From Vulcanimicrobiota bacterium (GTDB lineage: Bacteria > Vulcanimicrobiota > Vulcanimicrobiia > Vulcanimicrobiales > Vulcanimicrobiaceae), in the NCBI GenBank assembly GCA_963829005.1, contig CAWHGU010000004.1:25179-89178 (forward strand): 64,000 nt of DNA, given 5' to 3'. Of the stretch, positions 35,408-44,223 are shown in pieces. The position numbers and the translations under genes were made by a program. The stretch's first letter is position 1. Every line of letters starts with the position of its first letter. The notes beneath the pieces were generated by a model, which did no database searches, was not told the DNA's origin, and saw nothing but the letters and a program-made list of their open reading frames with translations.

Positions 35408-36499
35408 CTAGTGAAGCGCGGCAAGCGCCGCCGTGACCTTTCGGACCGCATCACGTCGGACCGAGTACATGACGAAGTATCCGCTGCGACGCTGTTGCAC
35501 CAGCCCAGCACGTAGAAGCTCGCGCAGGTGCCGTGAGACGGCCGGTTCGGCGAGCTTGAGAAAGCCGGCGAGCTCCCGCGTTGAGAGGTCGCGCGCGTTG
35601 AGGAGTTCCATGATGCGCAATCGTACGAGATCGCCGAGCGCCGCGCATGCATGGACGAGCGTACCGTCCTCGTCGAGTTGTGTGGCTTCCGCAGTCAATG
35701 GCGGTATCGGATAGGCGATCGTGCACCTCACACCGCTCGGCGTCTGCAACACGAACGCCTCGTGAGCCGGCCAGCAAAAGAACGACGGCGTCAGCGTAAC
35801 AATAGCGCGCGCATCGAGCTCGAGAACGGCATCGCCGGGCGGCAGGTGGATGGAAACCTCCTCGCGGGTTCGGCTCACCACAATGTCCTGCGCCAGCGTG
35901 CGGAGCAGCGCCCCGACGCCATATCGGGAGAGTACCTTTTTACGCATCGCGATATCGGCAACAAGTCTCGCGCCGATCGGCTTCCAACCCGGCAGGAAGA
36001 CGCTCTCATTAAAATCGTCGAGCATCGCACAAAACTCGCGCAAACTCTGCGCCGGCGATTCCACAAAGCGTTCCAGCATCACCTTGAACTTGGGAAAGCG
36101 TCGCGCATACTGCACAGCCGCCGTCCGATACCATCGCGGACTCCGCATTCGGCATAGGTCTTCGAGCGTAAGCAATCGTTTTTCACCCAGGCGGCGAACG
36201 ACCGCGTCACGATATGCGCCAAGACTTTTTTGCAGCCCGCGCAGTTCCGCGTCGAACGGTTGCAGGCCGGGCTGGCCCCAGAGAAGCGGGAATACTTCGG
36301 CGCCGGGTTCGAAGAAGAACCGAAAGCACTCGATGCGCGCTCGCAGATTGCGAGGTAAGCGGCGGCGCGCCTCGCGCACCCAGGGCATTTGCTCGGCATG
36401 ACGTTGCGGGTTTAAGAGTACGGCAACACCCCGAAGGCACTCGCGCGCCGGCGAGAACGCAAAGCGAACGTGTTGCGGACGGATGCAGGTGAGGCGCAT
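35408..36499 (-). CDS. ArsR-family regulator with N-terminal DUF5937-like domain
   Basis: C-terminal LGDLVRLRIMELLNARDLSTRELAGFLKLAEPAVSRHLRELLRAGLV wHTH. Long N-terminal domain starting MRLTCIRPQHVRFAFSP. Confidence 0.8.
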   Translation of the reverse strand: MRLTCIRPQHVRFAFSPARECLRGVAVLLNPQRHAEQMPWVREARRRLPRNLRARIECFRFFFEPGAEVFPLLWGQPGLQPFDAELRGLQKSLGAYRDAVVRRLGEKRLLTLEDLCRMRSPRWYRTAAVQYARRFPKFKVMLERFVESPAQSLREFCAMLDDFNESVFLPGWKPIGARLVADIAMRKKVLSRYGVGALLRTLAQDIVVSRTREEVSIHLPPGDAVLELDARAIVTLTPSFFCWPAHEAFVLQTPSGVRCTIAYPIPPLTAEATQLDEDGTLVHACAALGDLVRLRIMELLNARDLSTRELAGFLKLAEPAVSRHLRELLRAGLVQQRRSGYFVMYSVRRDAVRKVTAALAALH

Positions 36500-36558
36500 T
36501 TGATTGCATGTTTCGGCAAACAGTTGTCTGCGTCCCGCGGGGCTGGTACCATCCGCCC

Positions 36559-37704
36559 ATGTACCTCGCGACTCTTTTGGCACTGGGGGCCACCGCGGCG
36601 ATCTCCGGCGTACCCTCCGGCGCAGACCTGTTTTCTCGGGGTGACTTTACCGCCGCTAAAGCGGCTTTTGCCGATACGGCCTCCCGCAATCCAAGCGACC
36701 TCGCGGCGTTGCTGGGATTGGCTCGAATCGAGCTGTACGAAAACGACGTCGACGCTGCTATCAAAGACGCGAACGCCGCCCTTGCGCGTGACCCCGCCAA
36801 CGCGACCGCCAAACGCGTGCTCGAGACGGCGCAGGATCGCAAGGTGGTGGCAGCATCGGCTGCGTCGCTGGGCGTCCCAAGAGAGGGCGTCGCGGTGCCG
36901 TTTGTCGAGGCCGAGCCCCTTCCGGCGGTACAGCTCGTCGTCGACGGCAAACGGGGTACGTTCGTGGTCGACACCGGTGCGCCGGACTTAACGCTCGACC
37001 CGGAGTATGCAACGTCATTAGGCCTCTCGATCGTCGGCGGACGGAAAGGAACGTTCGCGGGCGGCCGCACCGCCGAAGTGAAAGAAACCCTGGTACCCAG
37101 CGTCACGATCGGACCCGTAACGATCGCGAACGTCAAGGCGACGGTTCTGCCATCGCGCGGATTCAAGCTCTATAGCGACCGTGCCGTCGACGGCGTCATC
37201 GGAACCGTCTTTCTCTCGCGGTTTCTGGCTACGATCGATTATCCGCACAAACGACTCGTGCTGCGTCCGCGCAGCACGGACGTAACGCCCGATGCTGCAA
37301 CGACGTCGGTGACGATGTGGCTAGTCGGCGACCACTTCATCTTCGCCCGCGGCAGAGTCAACGGCCTAACGGGTCAACTGTTCAGCATCGATTCCGGCGG
37401 CGCGGGCGCCGGCTTCATGCCTGTCGCTTCAACAATCGCGGCCGCGCACATTAGAACGTTTCCGGACAAGGCTGCACAAGGCGTGGGCGGCGGCGGAGTC
37501 GTGATGATCGTACCGACCATGAGCGATGAGGTCTGCGTCGGCGACGCATGCCAACGCGGCGTCCCGGGAGGCTACACACCGAGCGGTTCTCCGTTGAGCA
37601 TTTTTCCGTTTGCCGTCGCAGGAACGGTTTCGCACGAATTCCTCGAGCGTTACGCTGTCACGTTCGACTTCGTCCGTATGCGCATGCTGCTCTCCGAAAA
37701 TTAA
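36559..37704 (+). CDS. secreted TPR + tandem retropepsin-like aspartic protease
   Basis: Signal peptide and a TPR-like N-terminus. Two active-site-like motifs, VVDTGAP and SIDSGGAG, sit in two lobes. Confidence 0.7.
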   Translation: MYLATLLALGATAAISGVPSGADLFSRGDFTAAKAAFADTASRNPSDLAALLGLARIELYENDVDAAIKDANAALARDPANATAKRVLETAQDRKVVAASAASLGVPREGVAVPFVEAEPLPAVQLVVDGKRGTFVVDTGAPDLTLDPEYATSLGLSIVGGRKGTFAGGRTAEVKETLVPSVTIGPVTIANVKATVLPSRGFKLYSDRAVDGVIGTVFLSRFLATIDYPHKRLVLRPRSTDVTPDAATTSVTMWLVGDHFIFARGRVNGLTGQLFSIDSGGAGAGFMPVASTIAAAHIRTFPDKAAQGVGGGGVVMIVPTMSDEVCVGDACQRGVPGGYTPSGSPLSIFPFAVAGTVSHEFLERYAVTFDFVRMRMLLSEN

Positions 37705-37873
37705 CCGAGCTGCCGCACTCATTCATCGCCGTTACGGAGACCTTGCCTCGCTCGAACAGCGCCTCGGTCGCAGCCCCGCCGGTTATGCGACAACGTTGCG
37801 CCGCGCTTCCCTAGGTTTCATGCTTTCCTAATGCTCTTCGTGTATCGTCCGCTCACGAAGAGGGGGTTATCGG

Positions 37874-39151
37874 ATGTTCAGTCGTGCACCCAAGTACGCA
37901 TTTGTTTCTCTGATGGTCGCCCTCATCTGCGTTGGAGGCTGTGCGCGAAACGGCAACCCGCCGCCGATGATGCAGAGCGGTATTAGCAAGACCGCCCTAA
38001 CCGATCTTGGCGCTTCAGTTCCGGACTCGGCCCATGGAGCTACGTTTTATGTGAATGGCGTGCTCGGCAGTGACAAGAACGATTGCAGGGCGCCGCAGCG
38101 CGCCTGTAGGACCATCCAACATGCGGTGCAGATCAGCGCGTCAGGCGACACGATCGAGGTCGCTGCAGCTCTATATCCGGAAAATGTCTCGATTCACCAC
38201 AGCGTTCATATCAACGGCGCCGGACAGGGTAAGACGATTGTCGACGGGGAAAGGCATGGAAGCGAGTTCCTCATCGCATTCAACCCGCGCGTCAGCGTCA
38301 CGATAACTGGGATGACGATGCGTGACGGCAGCGGCAGCGGCGATGGCGGTGCCATCTACCATTGTGGTGGTACGCTGAGGCTCGAGGAGGTAGTCGTCGA
38401 GGGGAATCGCGTCCGCGGCGGGGGCCTCAACGGCTACGGCGGAATGATGTACAACTGTCCCGGTAGCAGGGCTACGATTGTCGAGAGCACGATTCGCAAG
38501 AACTCTGCACAAGTGGGCGGCGCGATCTGCAATGGCGGCTTGCTCACCATCCTCAGGAGTACGTTCAGCGACAATACCGCCCTAGAGCCGCGCGGCGGCG
38601 GCGCCATTTTTAACTATGGGACCTTGCACGTCGCGAACAGCACGTTCAGCGGCAATACGGCCGCGGGCGGATTCGGCGGTGCGATGCACAACGGGGAGCT
38701 CGGTGGGCTCACCGGGGGTGCGCAAATCGACAATAGCACCATCAGTGGAAACACCGCCGCTTTCGGAAAGACCCCGGGCGGGGCCATCAACAACATGCCG
38801 GGCCTGCCGATCTACGTGCAGAATACCATCATCGCCGACAACGATCCGCAAAATTGCGGCGGTGCTCCGCTCGAGACGGAAGGTTTCAACTTGAGCAGCG
38901 ACGAGTCGTGCGACCTCGATGGCGCCGGCGATTTGAACGGCGTCGATCCGGATCTCCGGCCATTGCGGAACAACGGCGGCCCGACGTGGACGATGGCGCT
39001 TGGCCCCAATAGCCCGGCAATCGACGCCGGCAGCGGGAGCGGCTGCAGGGATTGGGTCGGCCGCCTCTTGACAACCGACCAGCGTGGCATGCCTCGGCCG
39101 GACGCGCATGAGGGGAGAGGCTGCGATATCGGAGCCTACGAGCGCCAGTAG
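37874..39151 (+). CDS. right-handed beta-helix protein with choice-of-anchor-Q-type C-terminus
   Basis: Repeated GGAI-x-N / N-S-T-x-S-x-N-x-A rungs, then LRPLRNNGGPTWTMAL...SPAIDAG...DQRGMPRP...CDIGAYE. Confidence 0.75.
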   Translation: MFSRAPKYAFVSLMVALICVGGCARNGNPPPMMQSGISKTALTDLGASVPDSAHGATFYVNGVLGSDKNDCRAPQRACRTIQHAVQISASGDTIEVAAALYPENVSIHHSVHINGAGQGKTIVDGERHGSEFLIAFNPRVSVTITGMTMRDGSGSGDGGAIYHCGGTLRLEEVVVEGNRVRGGGLNGYGGMMYNCPGSRATIVESTIRKNSAQVGGAICNGGLLTILRSTFSDNTALEPRGGGAIFNYGTLHVANSTFSGNTAAGGFGGAMHNGELGGLTGGAQIDNSTISGNTAAFGKTPGGAINNMPGLPIYVQNTIIADNDPQNCGGAPLETEGFNLSSDESCDLDGAGDLNGVDPDLRPLRNNGGPTWTMALGPNSPAIDAGSGSGCRDWVGRLLTTDQRGMPRPDAHEGRGCDIGAYERQ

Positions 39152-39193
39152 TCTACGTCCCTGTGACGGCAACGTCGATGACCGCGACAGGAG

Positions 39194-39250
39194 ATGAGCG
39201 CAGCCCGCTTACGCTTCGATAAAGTCGCAATAGCGTTCGTCGAAAGGTGA
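39194..39250 (+). pseudogene. 18-codon stub duplicating the 5' end of the 39937-40299 gene
   Basis: MSAARLRFDKVAIAFVER compared with ...SPRLRFDKVAIAFVDKV. About 45 nt of near-identical DNA is present at 39207-39250 and 39961-40001. Confidence 0.4.
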
Positions 39251-39335
39251 GCTACTGTCCCCGAAAATGCACGTCGGCATGTGCTTTATCTCCGTACTTG
39301 CAGGCAACGGGACGGCGAGGGTGTAGACTCGTACC

Positions 39336-39551
39336 ATGGCAAGACACAACGTTCCGTGGGCAGAGCTTAAGCTCGGCGACCACGTACGGATTCCCGGAGA
39401 GGACCTCGAGGGGCGCGTCGTCGGCGTGCATCCGCACAAGGTCGAGGTCGAAGTGCTCGTCGACGGCAACAGCGAGCGCCGTCATTACGCCTACGAATCC
39501 GTCGTACGCGTTCCGACTCTGGATGAGGCGTCGAAATACGTAGACCATTGA
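39336..39551 (+). CDS. hypothetical small protein (71 aa)
   Basis: Clean ORF with coding-like composition and no recognised family. Confidence 0.45.
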   Translation: MARHNVPWAELKLGDHVRIPGEDLEGRVVGVHPHKVEVEVLVDGNSERRHYAYESVVRVPTLDEASKYVDH

Positions 39552-39561
39552 TCGGGAAGAC

Positions 39562-39927
39562 ATGAACCCTACGCGTATCTTGAGGCTCGAAGCCCTCTTG
39601 CTCTTGGCGGCGCTCGTGGCTCTGTATTGGTGGCTGCACGTCAGTTGGATTATCTTCGTCGTATTGATCCTCGCGCCCGACGTCGCAATGCTCGGATATC
39701 TTCGTAACACGCGAATCGGGGCGATGTCTTACAACGCCTTTCACAGCTACGTGGGGCCGTTGTTGTTGGCAACAGCGGCAGCCTTCTCGCGCGCACTGTT
39801 GCCGTTCGCCGTCATCTGGGCGGCGCACATCGCGATGGACCGCGCATTGGGCTATGGACTCAAGTATGATGATTCGTTTCAACACACGCATCTCGGAACG
39901 ATCGGCCGCGCCGGCAGTCGAACATAG
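39562..39927 (+). CDS. DUF4260 membrane protein
   Basis: LAPDVAMLGYL...HIAMDRALGYGLKYDDSFQHTHLG signature. Confidence 0.75.
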   Translation: MNPTRILRLEALLLLAALVALYWWLHVSWIIFVVLILAPDVAMLGYLRNTRIGAMSYNAFHSYVGPLLLATAAAFSRALLPFAVIWAAHIAMDRALGYGLKYDDSFQHTHLGTIGRAGSRT

Positions 39928-39936
39928 TCGCGGCGG

Positions 39937-40299
39937 ATGAAACCCATGCCGTCGCCGCGCCTACGCTTCGATAAGGTCGCAATCGCGTTCGTCGACAAAG
40001 TGCGTGCGGCGCTCGTCCCGCATCTACCGAAGGGCGGCCTCTTGGTCTTTACCGTCACCGCGCCGATCCGAAAGGATTCCAAGACGGCCGATGCTCTAAT
40101 CGCGTTGCTTCGCGATCTGTTGCAGAGCGAGTCGCTCGCGAACGAGTATCGCACGACGATCAACGGCAACGGCATTCGCGTGCGCCTACACCTTGCGAAG
40201 GGCAAGCGCCAGGTACTCGGATTCGTTCATAATCCTGGTGACACGAAAGCGCTTTTTGAAAGCGCAATCGCGGACGCAAACCATGAGCCCACGCTATAA
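39937..40299 (+). CDS. hypothetical protein (120 aa)
   Basis: Clean ORF with no recognised family. Its 5' end is duplicated at 39194. Confidence 0.5.
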   Translation: MKPMPSPRLRFDKVAIAFVDKVRAALVPHLPKGGLLVFTVTAPIRKDSKTADALIALLRDLLQSESLANEYRTTINGNGIRVRLHLAKGKRQVLGFVHNPGDTKALFESAIADANHEPTL

Positions 40300-40352
40300 A
40301 TTTTATCCAAGCCACCGAGCGTAGGGTACGCCAGGCTGGAAGGGGCTGATCC

Positions 40353-40637
40353 GTGCTCATCGCTTCCATCGTATTTGCATTCGCTCCAAAGGATGCCGAC
40401 AAAGCTGAGGAGCTGCTTCGCGAGCTACGCGACGCATCGGTCAAGGAACCGGGAGTCGTCCGGTTCGAGGTTGGTCGCGGCCAAGAAAGGCCCGACGTCT
40501 TTGCGTTATGGGAAGTGTATCGCGATCGAGAAGCCTTGGAAGCTCATCAAAGCACCGAGCATTTCCAACGACTCGTCGTCGACGGCATCCGCCCTTTAGC
40601 GCAGCAACGCAATGCTGAGATGGTGATCCCAATATAG
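40353..40637 (+). CDS. antibiotic-biosynthesis-monooxygenase (ABM) domain protein
   Basis: 94 aa ferredoxin-like fold: FEVGRGQERPDVFALWEVYRDREALEAHQSTEHFQ. GTG start. Confidence 0.75.
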   Translation: MLIASIVFAFAPKDADKAEELLRELRDASVKEPGVVRFEVGRGQERPDVFALWEVYRDREALEAHQSTEHFQRLVVDGIRPLAQQRNAEMVIPI

Positions 40638-40847
40638 CGGAGGGAGAATAGCCTTGGCGGCATCCGGCGAGTCGTGCCGCGCCAGGGAGATCTTTCGGGA
40701 GACATACTTCAACAAGCTCAAGTGGGCGAATGCGACGCAATCGTCATGGCCAGCCATGCCCGGGACGGCCTTTCGCGCCTCACCGAGGGCAGCGTTGCCG
40801 AAACAGTGATCCGGTACAGCGACCTCCCGGTCGTCGTTCTGCGCTAG
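40638..40847 (+). pseudogene. universal stress protein C-terminal remnant
   Basis: GDILQQAQVGECDAIVMASHARDGLSRLTEGSVAETVIRYSDLPVVVLR is the USP ATP-binding C-terminal half. The frame opens directly at the ABM stop, and there is no N-terminal half. Confidence 0.5.
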
Positions 40848-40937
40848 ATTCGACGCTCAGCTTCGCCCTCCAGCGCAGCATCGGCTACGAGCTCAGCGCA
40901 TCCTTGCAAGTTCCTTGTACCGGCCATCCGATAGGTC

Positions 40938-41066
40938 GTGAAGAATCGGACGCTCAAAGTCTATCCCGGCGCGCCGCACGGTATGCCTACGACGCATAAG
41001 GATCAGATCAACAACGACCTGTTGGCCTTCATTGCATCGGAGTCTCGCGTTCCCATAACGACGTGA
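40938..41066 (+). pseudogene. alpha/beta-hydrolase (chloroperoxidase/esterase-like) C-terminal remnant
   Basis: [27 protein letters not shown] is the typical catalytic-His C-terminus. There is no upstream body. Confidence 0.45.
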
Positions 41067-41073
41067 GTGGTGG

Positions 41074-41743
41074 CTACCGACACGGTAGCACTCCTCTAAT
41101 GAGGGCGACAGTGAGGTCGTCGAGCTTGGAGACGACGCGTGACGCGAGCGATAAGGCGTCGGCGTCGGGTGGAAACTCGCGGTTCGGTATCGCGACCACC
41201 GCGAGCCGCGCGGCGAAGCGCGGAGCGAATGCCGTTAGCGGAGTCTTCGATGGCGGCGGTCTGCGAGGGATCCGCGTCGAGCAGTTCGAGGGCTCGCAGG
41301 TAGACGTCGGGCTCCGGTTTCCCTCGCGGCACCTCATCGGCTGACACGACCACGGCAAACAGATCGCTCCAGCCGGCTGCCGCCAGCACCGTCTGCGCGA
41401 CCTCGAGCGCCGCCGACGACGCCAGTCCAAGCCTAAATTCACGCGCGAGCCTTCGGAGCGCCGCGTCCGCGCCGGGGAGAACCGGGGGATCTTTGAGCCG
41501 CTCGGCGATCGACTCGACGACGCGCTTGGCAATCGCAGACGGCGCGAGCGCCACGCCGAGTTCGTCGTGCATGTAGCGGGCCCACTCATCGGTTCGCATG
41601 CCCATCATCGCGGTCGCCGCATCCGATTTCCAATGGCCGCCGTTAGCAACCACGAACGCGTGGCGTACGTCCCGCCAAATCTGCTCGCTTTCGATCAGCG
41701 TTCCGTCGAGGTCGAACACGACGCACGCCTGCCCCTCTCTCAC
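41074..41743 (-). pseudogene. HAD-IA hydrolase (beta-phosphoglucomutase-like), frameshifted near 41205-41225
   Basis: VVFDLDGTLIESE, GLASSA, RGKPEPDVY and AIEDSANGIRSA lie in one frame. The expected ...VVAIPNREFPPD...LIRG tail lies in another. Confidence 0.65.
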
Positions 41744-42009
41744 GCTCGTTCTTCGCTTAGCAACGCGACCAGTGCGCGCTCAACCTCATCCGGATCGGGC
41801 AACGTCCTCCACTGAAAGAGCTCGGCGTTGTCTTCAATGACGCCGTCAACCGGAAGGGGGAGAGCATCGGGAAACTCCGGATGGAGCCGTTGCACGGCGT
41901 CGATGACTTGCAGCTCGCCGACCCACAACTGCGAGAGCTCCGTCCAACGGGCGGAGGTTCTTTCGCGACGGTACGCTTCCAGCGCTACCCTGATGTCGTC
42001 CGGTATCAT
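41740..42009 (-). CDS. hypothetical small protein (89 aa)
   Basis: 4-nt overlap with the HAD gene start. No recognised family. Confidence 0.4.
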   Translation of the reverse strand: MIPDDIRVALEAYRRERTSARWTELSQLWVGELQVIDAVQRLHPEFPDALPLPVDGVIEDNAELFQWRTLPDPDEVERALVALLSEERA

Positions 42010-42180
42010 CCTTACTCTCCTTGTGAAACGGGCTATTGGGAACTAGAGCCGATGTTCTTGCATTGCGCTGTCGCTCGGTCGCTTGCTCGACCGAACTGTC
42101 CGCGAGAGTAGCGACAGGGTTGCGTGCCGCAGCGGCAAAGCTTCAGCCCAATTTTAGCCACCTCGTCGCGGAGGGCCAGC

Positions 42181-42786
42181 ATGGATCGCGTCATCAACAT
42201 CTGGGCCGACGTTATTTGACCGTTTTGCTACCTCGGCTCAGTTTGGGCTGAAGAAGCGGCACGAGAATTGCGGGCCGATCTGCGTTGGCTTCCGTTTGAG
42301 ATTCATCCGGACACGCCGCCCGAAGGGGCACCGAAGCCGGTTCCGCCGGCGGATTGGCCGCGGGTTCGCGCGAGGCTCGAGCGTCTGGCGCGAGAGGTCG
42401 GGCTTCCGATCGACCCGCCGCAACGTAACGTAAACTCGCGTTTCGCGCTAGAGACGGCCGAGCTCGTGCGAGCCACGAGGGACGACGACGCTGCGGGCGC
42501 TTTTTATCACGACGCTTCGCGCGAGTTCTTCACCCGACACGCCGATGTCTCGAAACTCGAGGCCATCGCCCCCATCGCCGAACGCTTCGGCATCTCAGCT
42601 TCGGACGTGGAGGTCGCCTGGCGCGAACGACGGTTCTCTCACGCCGTCGACGCCTCTATCCAAGAGGCACACAAGGCCGGCGTCACCGGCGTCCCCGCCA
42701 TGGGATGGCCGCATCGGCGCGCGATCGTCGGAATGATGCGACCCGAGGATCTCGTAGGATACCTCCGCGACCAAGCATCAGGTTAA
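42181..42786 (+). CDS. DsbA/FrnE-like thiol oxidoreductase with TGA (42217-42219) in place of the first Cys of CxxC: selenoprotein candidate or nonsense pseudogene
   Basis: MDRVINIWADVI-TGA-PFCYLG...LRWLPFEIHPDTPPEG is one continuous frame of about 201 codons of normal family length. The hairpin at 42233-42251 has a GU-containing loop. Confidence 0.6.
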
Positions 42787-42940
42787 TGGCCAAGCTGACT
42801 TTTTACGAAAATCGCGCCGGAAGTAACTCAGCGACAAACGGCGCGCTGTGCTCGAAGAGGCGAAGGCGCTCGTCGGACGCGAGGTCGGCTATGCATAACG
42901 CCGGGCCAGCGCCTCGAGCTCTCCAAGCGATATCTGGGTA

Positions 42941-43952
42941 TCAGTCCTCGGGCGGGACGGGCGCGTCGTTTTCGATCAAGCCCTCGGATCGAAGGTCCGA
43001 CCAAAATGCGGCCGGAATCCTCGTCTCGAGCGACGTGTAGTCCGCGAGCACCTGCTGCCGATTCGCGCAGCCGACGACCAGCGCTGCCGCGACATCCGGC
43101 GCACGAGAGAACCGCAGTGCGGCAGTGCGAAGATCCACGCCATATCGCGCCGCGACGAAGCGCAGCCGTTCGCGCTTCTCGACGGCCCACGCGGGAATCT
43201 TGTAGTTGTCTCTGCCGTAATTGAAGCGCGCACTGCCGCTGATGAAGCCCGCGTTGAGCGCTGAGCCGACGACAAACATCATTCCGCTTTCGCGCGCCTT
43301 TGGGAAGACCTCGTGCAGCGCCCTCGCGTGATCGATCAGTGAGTATTGACGCGCTAGGAGACACACGTTTGCGTCGGCGACGTCCATGAGCTTGAGGATC
43401 GGTTCGGGCGAGTTGACGCCGAGTCCCCAAGCCTTTGATCACGTCTTCGTCGCGCATCTTGCTCAGCGCCGGAAACGCGCCTTTGCGGGCGATCTCGAAC
43501 TGCTCTTCCCACGGTCCCGGCAGCCACGGATTGTCCGGCGAGAGATCGTGAACGAAGACGACGTCCAGCGCGTCGACGCCTAGGCGCTGTAAACTGTCTT
43601 CGATCGAGCGCTTGACGCCGTCGGAGGTGTAATCGTAGCGGAGGTTGTTCGGCGAAGGCGTGAATGGAAAGTACTCTTTCGCGTTGTTATCGCGCGACGC
43701 CGTGAGCAGCTTGCCGACCTTCGACGAAAGGACGTACTCGCGGCGCGTCTGCTTATGCAGAAAGTTGCCCAGACGCCGCTCCGCCAGCCCGAGACCGTAC
43801 CACGGCGACGTGTCGTAGTAGCGCACTCCGGCGTTCCAAGCGGCTTCGATCGTGGCGTACGCAACTTCGTCGGTGACGTATGCGAACTCGTTCCCGAACG
43901 GCACGCCGCCGAGGCCGAAGGTTCTCCCCGCAAAGATTTCAGATACATTCAT
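42941..43952 (-). pseudogene. aldo/keto reductase, frameshifted near 43425-43437
   Basis: N-terminal AKR motifs (FGLGGVPFGN, GVRYYDTSPWYG) in one frame. LGVNSPEPILKLMDVADANVCLLARQYSLIDH... and the C-terminus are in another. Deleting one G restores IKAWGLGVN. Confidence 0.7.
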
Positions 43953-43956
43953 TTCG

Positions 43957-44184
43957 TCAGCCGGCGCCTCCGATTAGGATTCCAGTTAAGAAGACCAGCA
44001 CGCCTCCAACCACGACCTGAAACGCGGCGCGCAACAGCGGCGTGTCCCTGTAGCGATTGCGCCGCGCGGCGTTGCGATAGAAGCGCCGGCTCTCCATCTC
44101 CATCCCTTCCACCTGTTGGCGTATCTTGTCGAGGGCGAAGGGACGGAACAGCCAGACCCCTTGACGTTTCATGAATCCGCGCAC
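43957..44184 (-). CDS. possible small tail-anchored membrane protein (75 aa)
   Basis: C-terminal TM helix (VVVGGVLVFLTGILIGGAG). The stop is 4 nt from the AKR start. Confidence 0.3.
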   Translation of the reverse strand: MRGFMKRQGVWLFRPFALDKIRQQVEGMEMESRRFYRNAARRNRYRDTPLLRAAFQVVVGGVLVFLTGILIGGAG

Positions 44185-44223
44185 GTCCGTGCACCTCTTG
44201 CTCGTTGAGCTCTGAGAAATTCC

